Shown: piece by piece, positions 1 through 13,139 of the stretch | How the letters are laid out: each line of letters opens with the position of its first letter | Numbering within the stretch: position 1 is the stretch's first letter | From: the human T2T-CHM13v2.0 reference genome, Homo sapiens | Reading direction: 5' to 3' (one strand) | DNA: 64,000 bases | NCBI RefSeq assembly: GCF_009914755.1 | Contig: NC_060940.1 | Translations under genes and position numbers: made by a program | Notes under the pieces: model-generated | Databases searched by the model: none | The model's input: only the letters and a program-made list of their open reading frames with translations | What the model was told of the DNA's origin: nothing

Positions 1-254
1 TGGTCCCTGACCACATGGAGCTTGCTGGAGGCAAAGAACAGGCCACACACCCCTATGCCTCTTCCCTTTCTTCCCAGGACAGACAGGCCTTGAGACTCCA
101 TAAGTGCATGCTTTGGTGCACTCTGCCACGGTCATCTCTGCCTTCTCTGAGTCCTTGCTGCCCTTTGCTTTGCCTTCATCTCCATTCTTCCCTCTCTCTG
201 CTCCTCTGACCCAGGTTCTGAAATGTCTCCTTTTGCCCCATCCACATTATCTGA

Positions 255-362
255 TAATAACAACAAGGATAATCAAAACCCTTTATTGAGCACATACTGT
301 ATGCTAGCCACTGGGTTAAGTGACGTGTGGGTATTATCTCATTTAAATCTCAAAAACAATCA
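255..362 (-). mobile_element. MIR SINE 3' fragment
   Basis: ttattgagcacatactgtatgctagccactgg...attatctcatttaaatctc is the reverse complement of the MIR 3' end. Confidence 0.7.
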
Positions 363-2004
363 TGGCCTCACGTTCATATACCAAACCCCATTCCTGCTTT
401 ATTCTACCTGCCAGATGGAGCCTTCTTGGGAAGCACTACAACTTAAAATTAAATGCAAGGTGCTCGCAAACCTCTGGCCACTGCATTTGGTCAACTTGTC
501 ACTCCTTTACCTAAGTTAGTCCTGCAGTGCTTGCTCAGGCTTCATAGCCAAGACTTGCCCAGGCCTGCCCAGCACTGTCCCCATGATCTCCTGCAGCTGA
601 AGTTTCCAACATGTCCCAGAAGCCCCATTCTGCCCCATTCCAGTAAAAAAAAAACCCATTTCTGAAGGCTAAACCGTGATCAGCATCCACCCAAGAGTCA
701 GAGAATAGAAAAGAAGGCTTCTGCAGTCATTCTTAGTTGCTTTAGACAAATGTCAAAATTTGCCTTCATCTCCTCTATCCTTCTATCTTTGCAGCTTCCT
801 CCTAAAATCAGGAAATTAGATTAAATAAGTAGTTCTCAAACTCTATTTCAATGGGCCATGATTCCACTTCTCATGGATTATTAATGTATTATCCTGTCTC
901 TGATGATGTATTTTCATGGCGCTCTCCAGACACAGTACCCTGATGAAAAAGGAGTGGTTTTCATGGTTGGGATCTAGGCAAAGTAGCAAGGTCGTAGGAG
1001 AATATTGGGGTGGGTGGGGGTGCCACATTTGGCTGCCCCCTTGTCTCTTGGTGCATCAGAAGAACTCAGATTCAGAGCCTGGGAAATTCAGGCCAAGAAG
1101 AGTAAGTGACAACAAAAGGAAAGATAATAGCTCTTTGTTGGGAATAAAAGGAAAGCAGCAAAGGCAGAGGACCTGCTTATCTTGCATTCTGGCAGAACAC
1201 AGACCACCAACTCAGATACTTCAAAAGACCCCTGGCTCAGCTCCCCAGCCCCTCCCCTGGGGCTCCTGCAGAGAGAACATCATAATACATCTCCTCATTT
1301 TCTCCTGCACTTTTGATGTCAAAGTGTGGTCTGGTTAATTAGATGTTAGTGGGGGCCAGGGGTGCTGGAATCCAAACTCAATAAATTTCATTTCTGAAAG
1401 ACAAAGAGGTCAAGTGCATATTAAACTTGAGCGCTCAGGGAGTTCTGCCGGGGCATTTATTCAGTCAGGCTCGTTGCAGTTTAGGCAGAGAGAACACCAG
1501 GCAGCTTTTGGAGTCTGGCTGGGTGCGGAGGCAAGCCTGGAAGTCTGCCCATCTTACATTGTGGAAGAAGAGGGGGGGAAAAAGTCATTCAAATGTTTTC
1601 AACATAAATAGCTCAGTCCTGCAGTCAGATTTTGAAATTTCTGCCAATATCCAACTCCTTTCATGAGACTAGCTCAGTAAACAGCCTGGCCCTTAGTTTC
1701 ACCTCCTGCCGAGATCAAACCCACCAGCTTGGCTGTCTTCTGGGGGAGGCTGGCACTGCGAAGAGCCTATTCTAGCCTCTTGGAGCCCACTGGACTTGGG
1801 GCTGCCTCTCACCTCTGTTTATCATTATCTCAGAGCTACAGCCACAGGATAGCTTCTTTCGCCCATGCTTCACCTCCCGGTTGCCTTGGGCTGAACAGCG
1901 GAGGGAACATGGCACACACCACTCCCCAGCTCTGGCTGCTGCTCCATGACTGCAAGAAAATCAATATCCACCAACTGTTCCTATGGCAAGAGACCTTGTT
2001 ACCA

Positions 2005-2125
2005 GTGGCAGGGCCTAGAACAGTGCAGACCCGAAGCCAGACAGCCCAAGGTCAAATCCTTGTTCCTCTACATCTCAAGTTGATTCTTCAGGCATTTTAC
2101 TTAGACTCTCCCATCTCAGTTCATG
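2005..2125 (+). mobile_element. MIR fragment
   Basis: gaagccagacagcccaaggtcaaatcct...ttacttagactctcccatctcagtt resembles the MIR 5'/core. Confidence 0.5.
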
Positions 2126-3217
2126 AGTGGGCACAGCCTGCTGCCTTTGCAAGATTAGCATTTGGCCAACCTTGTAAAACGAAATGGGTGACTTCCTCAG
2201 CAATATCTGACTTAGGTACAAGTTTGTAATAAAGCATGCAGAGTTCAAGGCTAAATTCTTAGGGGTGCATTTTGAAATATCCCTTTCATTTTGTGTTTGT
2301 TTTCTTCTTTTCTTAGCGTGTTTTGATTGGAGAACAAAGGTGTTAGTCATGCATGAGGTGTCCACATATAGGAAATTACTGACTTGGCAACTTAATTACA
2401 TTTGGAGGCCACTTAATAGGACTGATTCCCTTTATTTAGACAGCCTGAATCTTCTTAGTCATGACTTGAGAATGTGATCATCTACGCGTTGCTTTATCTT
2501 GAAAACTTACCAAACCACCACAGCCATCTCTCCAAGCAAACAAAATGTCATGTTGAGACAGTACAGTTTGGACATCCCCAAAACCCCATTCGAGATTTCT
2601 CATCTGGCAAAATTCACTGTTGCCTGCTGCAGGGTGGGTGGTAACACAGTCTAATTGTGGTTCTTCTTTTCTATTTCTGCAGCATAAAGTCATTCTGCCG
2701 CAATTGTTTCTCATCACTGCACCCTAGGTTTTCCACAAAGAACCTCTGTTTTGATAGAGGCCTATTTTTTTTTAACCCTGCCAAGAAGCAGTCTATTGTG
2801 TTGGAAAGAGTTCAGCTGAACTTACAAGCCCAAATTTAAGGACTGCATGTACCATTTTTAAAAATCAGAGACCCAGCATGGGAAATCTCCAAGAGCTATT
2901 TCTAGTGTGTGACTGCCCAATATTCTAAACTAAGAACTTGAGGAAGCCATTCCCAATGATCAAATTGGTGGCTCCCATCTGCCTAGTTTTTGCTTCCTAA
3001 AAATAATTTCCCAGAAGCCTCAGAGCTGTGGTTGAGAAGGAGGCAACATAATCAGTCATCAGGGAGATTCCTGGTCAAAGAAATTCTTTCTTCACCAAGC
3101 TAAGGGTGCCAGCCCCCTACAGAAGCGGGGCCCACCAGCATCCTAGGACCCAGAAATGTGGATAGCATGAAGATGGTTCAAGCTCCCAGAGCCCTTTTCC
3201 CATGTAAACTGGCACTC

Positions 3218-4085
3218 CATTGAGATATCACTTTATGCCTATTAAAATAGCTATTATCAAAAAGACAAAAGACAATAAGCACTGGCAGGAGATTGGGAAA
3301 AAGGAACCACTGTACATTGTTGGTGGAAATGTAGAATGGTACAGCCATTATGGAGAACACCACTGAGTTTTCTCAAAAAATTAAAAACAGCACTACCGTA
3401 TGACCCAGCAATCTGTCTTCTGGGTATACATCTAAAGCATATGTAATTAGTATGTTTAAGGGATATCTGCACTACCACGTTCATTGCAACACTGTTCACA
3501 ATAACCAAGATATAGAATCAACCTAAGTGTCCATCAATGGATGAATGAAGAAATTGTGGTATATATACACAACGGAATACTACACAGCCATTAAAAAGAA
3601 GTAAATCCTGTCATTTGTGACAACATGCATGAACCTGGAGGACATTATGTTAAATAAAATAAGCCAGTCATGGAAAGACAAATACCACACAATTTCACTT
3701 ATATGTGGAGTGCAAAAATGTCAACCTCAAAGAAACAGAGTAAAATAGTGGTTACCAAGGACTGTGGGATGGGGAAATTAGGGAGATGGTTATCAAAGGA
3801 CACAAAATTTTAGTTAGACAGGAAAAATAAGTTCAAGAGAGCTTGATGCCCTTACATTTTGGTGACTAGAATAACAATATATTTCATATTTGAAAATTAC
3901 TGAGAGTAAATTGTAAGTGTTCTCAACACAATAACTGATCAATATGTGAGGTAACACATATGTTAAGGAGATTGATTTAACCATTCCTCATGTATACATA
4001 CATACATATATCAAGATGTCATGTAGTACACCATCAATATACACAATTTTTACTTGTCAATTAAAAATAAACACATAATAAAAAT
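3218..4085 (+). mobile_element. L1MA-type LINE-1 3' end (ORF2 C-terminus + 3'UTR)
   Basis: Typical motifs gacccagcaat, caacctaagtgtccatcaatggatgaatg, catgaacctggaggacattatg, aaaattttagttagacagg; ends in A-rich tail. Confidence 0.92.
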
Positions 4086-4269
4086 CCCCCTTTCCAATAC
4101 AATCCCAGGACTTTCATTGACAGTCCAGTGGATATTACCTAGAAGGAGCCACAGGTGAGCTCCACATTGCCCTGGCTCTAGAAAGAAAAACAATTTCTTT
4201 AGGAAGTTATTCAACCAGAAGGAAACTGACATCAGATGAACTCTCACATCTGCATGAAAGAATTATGAT

Positions 4270-5990
4270 CATGACGTGGCTAAATATAAAAGACCTTTTT
4301 CATATCTCTTAATTTCTCTAAAAGACAATTTACTGCTTAAAAAAACTAACGCTCTATTGCAGGGAATATAACATACCTAAAAGCAAAATGTATCTTAAAA
4401 AGTAGAATAAAGAATCAGAGAGTTTTACAGAAGTATACTACTAGAAGGTTCTTAAATCATTCAACAAGTGATTATTTTGTAAGTGATATAATACTAGCAA
4501 AAAAGTATACATACAGGAAAGGGTGAGAAAAGTGAACAAACAACAAAGGTGACAAATGGAAAACAAATAGAAAGATGGTGGGTTTAAGCCCGATCATACA
4601 AATAATTACGTTAAATGGAAACGCAGAGATTGTCAGATTGGATATTTTTTAAGCAAAATCCACTTATATGATGTTTATGAAAGATTCACTTTAAATATAA
4701 AGAAAAAATGACAATAAAAGGATGAGAAAATGTATACCATGCAACAACATAAATTTAACCATACCAGGAATGAAAGAGAAGACATTACTACATACATGAC
4801 AAGCATTAAAAGGACAAGAAGTATTCTAAACAAATGTATACTACTAAATTTAATGACTTAATGAAATTGACAAATTTCTTGAAAAAATACAAATTCCCAA
4901 AACTTATAAAAGAAGAAATAGAAAATATAAACAGCCATATATCTAAATTAAAAATTAAATTTATTATCAAAAACTTTGCCCCACACACACATAAAAAAAA
5001 AAAGCCCTCTTGGTCCAGATAGCTTCACTGTTGAATTGGGCAAAACACATAAGAAAAAAATAATACCAATTATTCATAAACTCTTTTGGAAAATAGAAAA
5101 CACTTTCAAACACATTTTATGGGGCCAGTGCTACTATGATATCAAAATCATACCAAAGGCTTTAGAAGAAAAGAAAACCCCAACCCATATCCCTCATGAC
5201 ACAGACACAAAAATATTTAATAAAATATTAGGAAATTGAATACTTTAAAATTTACATATAATTTTTAAGGTAATATATCATGACAAATAGTTTATTCCAG
5301 GATTATAAATATCAGTCAATATAATTCAGAATATTAACAGATTAAAGAGAAACAGCTTATACATGTCTCAATAGATACACAAAAAGTGTTTGACAAAATC
5401 CAATACTTATTTATGATAAAGAATTCCAGCAAACTTAGAATAGAAATGAACTTTTTTCAACTGAATACAGGTTATCAATAGAAAACTTACAGTTATTGTC
5501 ATATTTAATGGTGAGCGACTGAATATTTTCTCCCTGAGCTCAAAAACACAGCCAGGATGCCTACTCTCACCACTTCAGCACTTTGCTGGATGCTCTAACT
5601 AGTGCATCCAAGCAGAAAAAAGAAATAAAAGGTACTCAGGTTGGGGGGAAAATAGAAGCAAATTATTTTATTTTCAGGTAACATAAACATATGTAGACAA
5701 TCCTAAAGATGCTACAAAAAAATAGAACTGAAAAGTAAAAAGCTAAAACCTAGCACAGCTGCAAGGCTCAATACACGATGATACATTGTATTCCCACACA
5801 CCAGCCACAAAAAAAGTAGAAATTATAATTATAATACCAAAAAACATGAAATAGGGATAAATTTAACAAAATATGTGCAAGAACTGTAAATGAAGCTTCA
5901 GTGAAAGAAGTTAAAGACATAAATAGAGAAATATCTCATGTTCATGGACCGAAAAACTCACTATCGTAAACACGGCAAATTTTCCCTAAG
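4270..5990 (+). mobile_element. Old L1M ORF2 fragments (endonuclease to RT region, frameshifted)
   Basis: ORFs 4834-5022 (KFNDLMKLTNFLKKYKFPKLIKEEIENIN) and 4976-5239 (KKSPLGPDSFTVELGKTHKKKIIPIIHKLF...KIFNKILGN) resemble L1 ORF2p (KLENLEEMDKFL...KKSPGPDGFTAEF...KILNKILAN). Confidence 0.88.
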
Positions 5991-6014
5991 TACTCCCTCC
6001 ACTTGTGGCCAGTA

Positions 6015-6485
6015 GCCACATAAGTCAAAAACCGGAAACAAACCAAATGTCCATTAACAGAAGAATGGAAAAACAAGTTGTGATATAGTCATACAAAAGA
6101 ATACTACTCAGCAATAAAAAGGAACAAACTACTGATAAATCAGCAATGTGGATGAATATCAAAAACATTGTATTGGGCAGAAGAAGCTACACACAGAAGA
6201 GTACACACCGTATGGTTCCATTTTTAGGAATTTCTAGAACAGGAAAAGCTAACCTATGGTGAAAGAAGTGAGAATAGTGGTTCTTTGTGGGAGAGCAGGT
6301 GGCAGGGATTGCCCGGCAGGGGCACAAATCAGCTTTCCAAGGTGATGGACATGCCTGTATATAGATAGGGGTGTGGACTACATGGGGGTAAGCATTTGTC
6401 AAGACTGATCAAACCATACAGATAAGGTATGACTGTGCATGTTCATCCTGAACTGAGCATTTACTATGTAAATTATACTTCATTT
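6015..6485 (+). mobile_element. L1MD/L1ME-type 3' end
   Basis: caaatgtccattaacagaagaatgg, atactactcagcaataaaaaggaac, tggatgaatatcaaaaacatt, ttctagaacagg. Confidence 0.85.
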
Positions 6486-6721
6486 TTTAGTTTTGTAAAT
6501 GTGTTTCACCACTACCTTTTAAATGTGTTTTAAATGTGTTTCACCACTACCTTTAAAGCAACACAGAAAATTAACAGTGTCCCCCAATGTCATTCTTCCC
6601 CTTGTATTACCCTCACCTCCCAGATAATGAAGGTTAACAGCCTGGTATGTGTCTTTCCACACTCCTCTACTTGCTCCTAAGACTCAGAGCGTCATAAATC
6701 ATATCCACAGGTATGGTACAT

Positions 6722-7038
<317 letters not shown>

Positions 7039-7039
7039 T

Positions 7040-7400
7040 AATGAGAGTTTCCTATCCATGTGTTTCTGATACTTGCTCCTGTCACCTACTTATATTCCAG
7101 GTCAGAAAATATAGGTCATAGCTGCACAATATTCCAACTGCAATTTGTCAATCTGTTTGTCTGCAACACACACACACACACACACATTGGTGATAAGCTG
7201 TCAGACTCTCCCCACTTTTTGTCATTATAAACAATGCTGCAAGAACTTCCTTAATCATATAACTAATCTTCCTAGTGCTTGTGTTTCTGTAGGAGAATGT
7301 CCCAAAGAGAGACTGCTGAACAACAAAGACAAGTATGTTATTTGTTTTAATAGATATTCCAGATTACATTCCAAAAAGGTTGTAGAAATCTCATTTAGTG
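7040..7400 (-). mobile_element. Old L1M fragment, containing (CA)n at ~7166-7186
   Basis: cattataaacaatgctgc...gtttctgtagga...ttccaaaaaggttgta, typical antisense L1 3' ORF2 relic. Confidence 0.6.
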
Positions 7401-7634
7401 CTCAGTCTGACATATTTTGAGTTTTTGCAGACTGGCTTCAGAAATGGAAATAAATTATGAACATAGCATAATAATCATTTTAGGCAATTCATCTAGGCTT
7501 TGAAGGAGAAAAACTCAGCAACATATCTAAGCCTGCAAATAATCAAGTTATCCTAGCAAAATACATCCTGAGAAGCAGGAGAGAATGATTTTGAGATAGC
7601 CAACCCCAAGGGACTGTCCAAACCTGCCATATGT

Positions 7635-7945
7635 CATCACTGTGACCTTGAACAAGTTACTTAACCTGTTTACACCTGAGTTTCCTCATAAATAAAATCA
7701 TAAATAGTGCCTATATTATGAAAGACTAAATAATGTGAAGAATCCAGTACATGGAAAATGGAAAGTATCTGATACTCAGGAAGTGCTCTGTGTCAATTAT
7801 TATTTGGGCAAGTTGCTTAATCTCTCTGGGTGTCCGTTTCCTTATCTGTAAAATGGGGACAATAACACCTTCTGTCTCATAGGGCACATACAGTGATTAG
7901 AATAATACTCCTCTCATATTAAGTGTTCAACAAAATCAGCTAACA
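7635..7945 (+). mobile_element. Two adjacent MIR fragments
   Basis: tgtgaccttgaacaagttacttaacc and ttgggcaagttgcttaatctctctg...tttccttatctgtaaaatgggga core motifs. Confidence 0.85.
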
Positions 7946-9369
7946 TCACTGTTAATTTGCCATACTAACATGAAGGAACTAGGTTTAGGGGGCTGCAGAG
8001 ACCTAAATGTGGTGTTGTGTGGTGTGGATGGCAGACATAACCTTCCAAAATTCAGGGAAAAGCTAAGTTTCTGCCAGGCCTATTGATGACATTGAATTCT
8101 TGGAAGGCCACACAAATCTTCCAGAATAGAGGAAGAAATCAATAGGCGCCCTTGGGAAGATTTGCTTCCCCATGGCAAATTATGCACATCTATCTCTTCC
8201 CAGTCCTGAGTGGCTCTGAGCATTTGAAGCATCTCGAGCGACTGTGTTGGATGCTCACCCAAGCAGCGGACTTCCTCCTTCCAGGGTGCTCCTGCAGCTG
8301 TGCCCTTCTTGAGGGACATGTGCCCAGAGGAAAACCTTGGCAACTGAGGCTACCAAATGGCTCAGTGTGCAGGTGACCTGGAGTGTTGGGAAAGTGAGTC
8401 ACTGGAGTCACCTTCACTGACTGAGCACTGACTGTGCCCAAGAACCTAGGCTCTGGGCTGAAAGTGGGGGTATTCAGAATTATAAAAAACAGAGTCCCTA
8501 CCCTGGGTGATGCAGCCTAGGGACCCCCACTGGCCCACATCCATCAGGGACTGCCAATCGGTAGAAGGCACCTGCATTGTCAGTTTGAAGGTTTTCAACT
8601 CTCAGTTTATGAAATTAACTCAATTGTGGATTTCAGCTATTTTTTTTTTTTAAAAAAAAGCCCTAAATCAAGTCAATGATTATATTTATGATATTTGGGA
8701 AAAGCAAGCATAAACAAGCCCATTTTATCTCTTTACCAGGATCAAACATATAAGTTTGGTTTTGATTTACTAAAGGCTCCTAATGACGCTCTTATCTGAA
8801 GGGTAAATGCTGTCTTTTACCTTGGGAACAGAAATATCAGCTCAGGCAGTCAACTAAACTGATGGCCATTGACAATAACCTGGTGCCTGATGGATGAGAG
8901 GTACAGAGAGTTCCACCAGCTACTGGGTTCAGGGAAAGAACCTGCAGCTGTGCGAGGTGACCATATCCCATTAGGGCCTTCATACAGGCCCAACTCCTAC
9001 AACATTGACTCCACTAGGAAATAGATTCTCCCCACCACCAGAACACTCATGCCTGCTCCCAGAGAGCCTCGGCCTGACTACCAAGGGACCAAGGAAATCC
9101 AATTTGTGACCGGAAAGTTATGTGTGGAATCTGAACAAAAGATGATGGCTACTCTTGGAAGATATTGGATCTAGCTATGAATAAGCTCATGAATGCTTCC
9201 AGGTCCACATCTCTTGTGTGCTTATCTCCCCAGATTGACAGGGAGAGGGCCACGTCCACTGATGGAGACCCACGTGCTTCATCCTTAGAGATAGATTTAT
9301 GCCCATGCCTGGGGCTCCCTCACAGGACCAATTCCCTCTCCATACAGTGACCCCTCTAACGGGGGATGG

Positions 9370-10100
9370 CCTACTTAAAACACACTCACCCACACTGGGA
9401 GGATCCAGAAGACATACCTTTCCCCAACACTTTGTCAAATCAACTTGTAAGGGGAGCCCAGCATTCTTGAAGAGCTCCATGACCCCTCCTCTCTCTAAGC
9501 CAGACCTTTCAGTGGAAACCACAGCCACTCAATTAGAAAACTTAAATGCAATAGGAATAGAGATGGTCCCCAACTTACAATGGTTCAGCTTAGGATTTTT
9601 GGACTTTACAATGGAACAAAAGTGATATGCATTCAGTATGATCTTCATCTTACAGTGGGGTTACATCCAGATAACTCCAGTTGAGGAGGATCTGTAATTG
9701 GCATCTGATGTGGCGGAGGCCAAGTGGCAACACACAAAAGCGGAAAAAAAAATTATGCCAGGTGGGCGTAATTACCATAATGAATAGCAGAGGCAAAGCA
9801 ACAACCTGAATAACTCTAGAAGTGCTCCTAGATGTGAAATAGGAAGTCCACTAAATCCTTGTTCTATAGAAGCAGAAACTTCCAGGTTAAGTGAACAAGT
9901 CTAACTTGAATTATAAAAACAGAGAATCATAGTCCCTCAATCAGCTCCCAGACTTGAGCCAGTTTATAGACCCAGAACCCCTTGAATGAAGGGAAGCCTG
10001 GGTCCCCTTGAAGAAGGACCCCAATACACTACCAAAAAATGTATTCTGTTCATCATTTCCGCAGCCAGGGACCTGTGGCCTTTCACCAGAGTAACTGCTA
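9370..10100 (+). mobile_element. HERV-L/ERVL internal fragment (gag to pro region)
   Basis: Translation SPAFLKSSMTPPLSKPDLSVETTATQLENLNAIGI resembles ERVL Gag; cccagacttgagccagttt..gacccagaaccccttgaatgaaggg is characteristic of HERVL-int. Confidence 0.85.
9560..9694. mobile_element. MER47-like (TcMar-Tigger) non-autonomous DNA transposon inserted in ERVL
   Basis: Degenerate TIRs gagatggtccccaact / agttgaggaggatctg; TA on both sides (9558-9559, 9695-9696). Confidence 0.8.
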
Positions 10101-10843
10101 AATAAGTAGCATTCACCTCTTAGACCTACCAGTCACAAGGAACAGAGTTACATTTTTACCGTAGAGTGCAAATAAAACATGGTATTACCTGTTTTTCTAT
10201 TTGAAGCCACATTAAATCAAGTCACATTCTAATGGCTGTATCTATGACACGTGTTTCAAGTGTTTGAATGTGTGTATGATGGGGCAAGAGGCCCTAGAGA
10301 AAAAAAAAATCAACAGCCCAGCGTCCTTGAGTGCAATAGGAAGGAAATATAATAAAATTCACCAGGCAGCATAAACAAATAAGGTATACTCCTGTGTCTT
10401 TTACATGATGTCAATCCTGGGTCATGGCCTAGATTATCTGACTAAAGGCTCATGGAACACAGTGGATTGCTTATTGATTAGAGGCTTAATGATTAAAAGA
10501 AACTTTTAATCCCCATCTCTTCCCTTCACCAGCCCTATCATCTCTTTTGGAAATGTAATCACTTACCTGCTTAAATGACTTCCCTAGTTTAACAAGATTA
10601 TAGGGTAAAATCCAAATGTCTTAGCATAGAATTCAAGACACTGCTGAGCCAACCTCATCTTCCAGGAATCACCACCTCACACCCTCTGCCCAGCCTCCCA
10701 GAGGATGCCTCTGTATCTCCAAAAACCAAGTTTCCCCACCTGGTATCACCTTCTCCATATTTTCTACTGTTAAACTTCTATTCATCCTTGAAACCCAAAC
10801 ATCACCACATCTCTAGATTTTTCTACAACATTTTTCAGAGTTC

Positions 10844-11137
10844 AGACAAGGCAGGCAGGCTCATGTCTGTAATCCCATAACTTTGGGAGGCCAAGGTGGG
10901 CAGATCACCTGATGTCAGGAGTTCAAGACCAGCTGGCCAACATGGTAAAACCCTAACTCTACTAAAAACACAAAAATTAGCTGGGTGTAGTGGCGGGTGC
11001 CTGTAATCTCAGCTACCCAGGAGGCTGAGGCAGGAGAATCACTTGAACCCAGGAAACAGAGGTTGTAGTGAGCTCAGATCACACCATTGCATTCCAGCCT
11101 GGGCAAGAAGAGTGAAACTCCATCTCGAAAAAAAAAA
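10844..11137 (+). mobile_element. Alu (S-type)
   Basis: Dimeric Alu with A tail; perfect 16-bp TSD acatttttcagagttc at 10828-10843 and 11153-11168. Confidence 0.97.
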
Positions 11138-11365
11138 CACACACACACACACACATTTTTCAGAGTTCTGTTTTGTATTTCTTATATATTATGTTGCAAT
11201 TTCTCGTTCTCCTGAGTATTTCCTATTTATCTTATTCCATCTCCCTGAACAATGCCTGGCATACAATAAGTGTTGGTAAACATTGGAGAGTGGGTAGAGG
11301 AGATGTTAGTTGGATGAATGAATAGAAAACAGAAGAGGCCATATATTGAATAAGAAGATAAAAAT

Positions 11366-11411
<46 letters not shown>

Positions 11412-11444
11412 CAGATAGATAGATAGACAGATAGACAGATGATA
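11366..11444 (+). repeat. Compound (GATA)n/(GACA) tetranucleotide STR
   Basis: (GATA)11 GACA (GATA)3 GACA GATA GACA GAT GATA read directly. Confidence 0.97.
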
Positions 11445-12019
11445 GAGGAAATTTCTAGGACTTTGTTACTCTTTCTCTGCCCTCCAAATCACTCATACAT
11501 TCTACTTTCTAGAAAGGAAAAAAATGTTATTTTTGTCTCAGGTAAAAATTGGTAGGATTTTTGGCAAAAGAAATTGGGTACAGATGATAGATAACCCAAT
11601 TTCTTTTCTCTGAATGCAATCTACTTTGGTAAATCTTAATTTGCGAGGAAACTTCTGAAGACAGAAGACCTCAGAGGAAGCTAAAACCAGGCTTCTAAAT
11701 ACATGGGAGGATTTCACAACTGCAGCCAGCATTTCCTTACAAAATCTCCTCACAGCCTGCACACTGCATTTCAGGGACAAATTGACCAGGAACCTTCAAA
11801 TATTTATTGAGGTTTATGCCAAGCCACACTTGCTGTCTACCAGCTCTGGCTAGGCTCTGTGATGTCTAGGCTGCAAATTGAGTTAGGCTCATACATTTGT
11901 GTGCCATGTCTTGCCTGCTACTTCTGAAACATGTCCTAGAAATTAACCCTTTAGTGGCCAAAGACTATGGAGATATCCTCATTGACATGTTTCCATTCCT
12001 ACAAAAGGCCAATTAAATT

Positions 12020-12235
12020 GCTAGTGTTTATCACAGGCCAAGTGTTTGCCAGAGACCCTGTTGAGTGTGTTACACGCATTATCATGTTTGGGCCTCACAA
12101 CAGCTTCACAGGGAAAGTGCCAGTGTTAGTATTTCCCATTTGGATGACGATACCAAAACACAGAGCAGTTAGGTAATGTAGGCAAGGCCCACAGCTACTT
12201 AGCAGTGGAGCTGAGATGCCAATCCAGACAGCACT
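12020..12235 (-). mobile_element. MIR
   Basis: cctcacaacagc...tttcccatttggatga...cacagagcagttaggtaa...aaggcccacagcta. Confidence 0.75.
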
Positions 12236-12529
12236 ACACTATACTAAGTAACTAAAATGATTGCAAGCATTTTTTCTCATGGGACTAAATCAAATTACTT
12301 TCATTTTCTACCTTTTAAAATGCAACCCATAAATCTGTTTATTTTTCCTAATGTGCCCCTAATGCCAGGCCTCCATTGATCTAGGCAAAGAAGGAAGAAG
12401 TGGGCTTTGGAAGTCCTCTATCGTGTATGCAACATTCCCTCCCCCAGCCCACCACACCTCCAACCCCAATCTTAACTTGCCTTCAAGGAAAAGAGGGATC
12501 CTTGCCCATCATGTTTAAGAAAGGCTCAT

Positions 12530-13125
12530 GGTCAAAAAGTTAAACACTGAGTTACCACCATATGGTCCGGCAATTTCACTCCTACATACATAGCCAGCGG
12601 AGATGAAAACATATGTCCACACACAAAAAAAAGGGATACACAAATATTCATAGCAGCATTATTCATAATAGCCAAAATATGTAACAACCCAAATGCCCAT
12701 TAACTTATGAATAGGTCAACAAAATATGGTATATTAATGCAATGGAATCACACTTAGCCACGTAAATGAATGAAGTACTGATTTCTTCATTTATATGAAT
12801 GAGTGAAATTGTACAAGGATGAACCTTGAAATCATTGCACTAAGTGAAAGAAACCAGACACAAAAGACCACACATTGTATGATTCCATTTATACAAAATG
12901 TCCAGAATAGGCAAATCCACAGAGATGCAAAAGGGAATTGTAGTTACTAGGGACTGGGGCCAGGGGAACAGGAAGTGACTGCTAATGCATACAGCGTTTC
13001 TTTTTGGGGTGATGAAAACATTCTGGAATTAGATAGTGGTAATGGCTGCACAAGTTTGTAAATTACACACTTTAAAAGGGTGAATTTTATGGTATGTGAA
13101 TTATATCTTATCTTTTAAAATTTTT
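12530..13125 (+). mobile_element. L1MB-type 3' end
   Basis: gaaaacatatgtccacaca, catagcagcattattcataatagccaaaa, tttttggggtgatgaaaacattctggaattagatagtgg. Confidence 0.92.
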
Positions 13126-13139
13126 TTAAAAGATTAGCA

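Noticed and set aside
1729-2229. 166-aa ORF
   Set aside because: Non-ATG start, runs through a MIR fragment, no recognisable homology.
8477-9936. gaattataaaaa(a)cagag at ~8477 and ~9908
   Set aside because: Short, A-rich, no extended homology.
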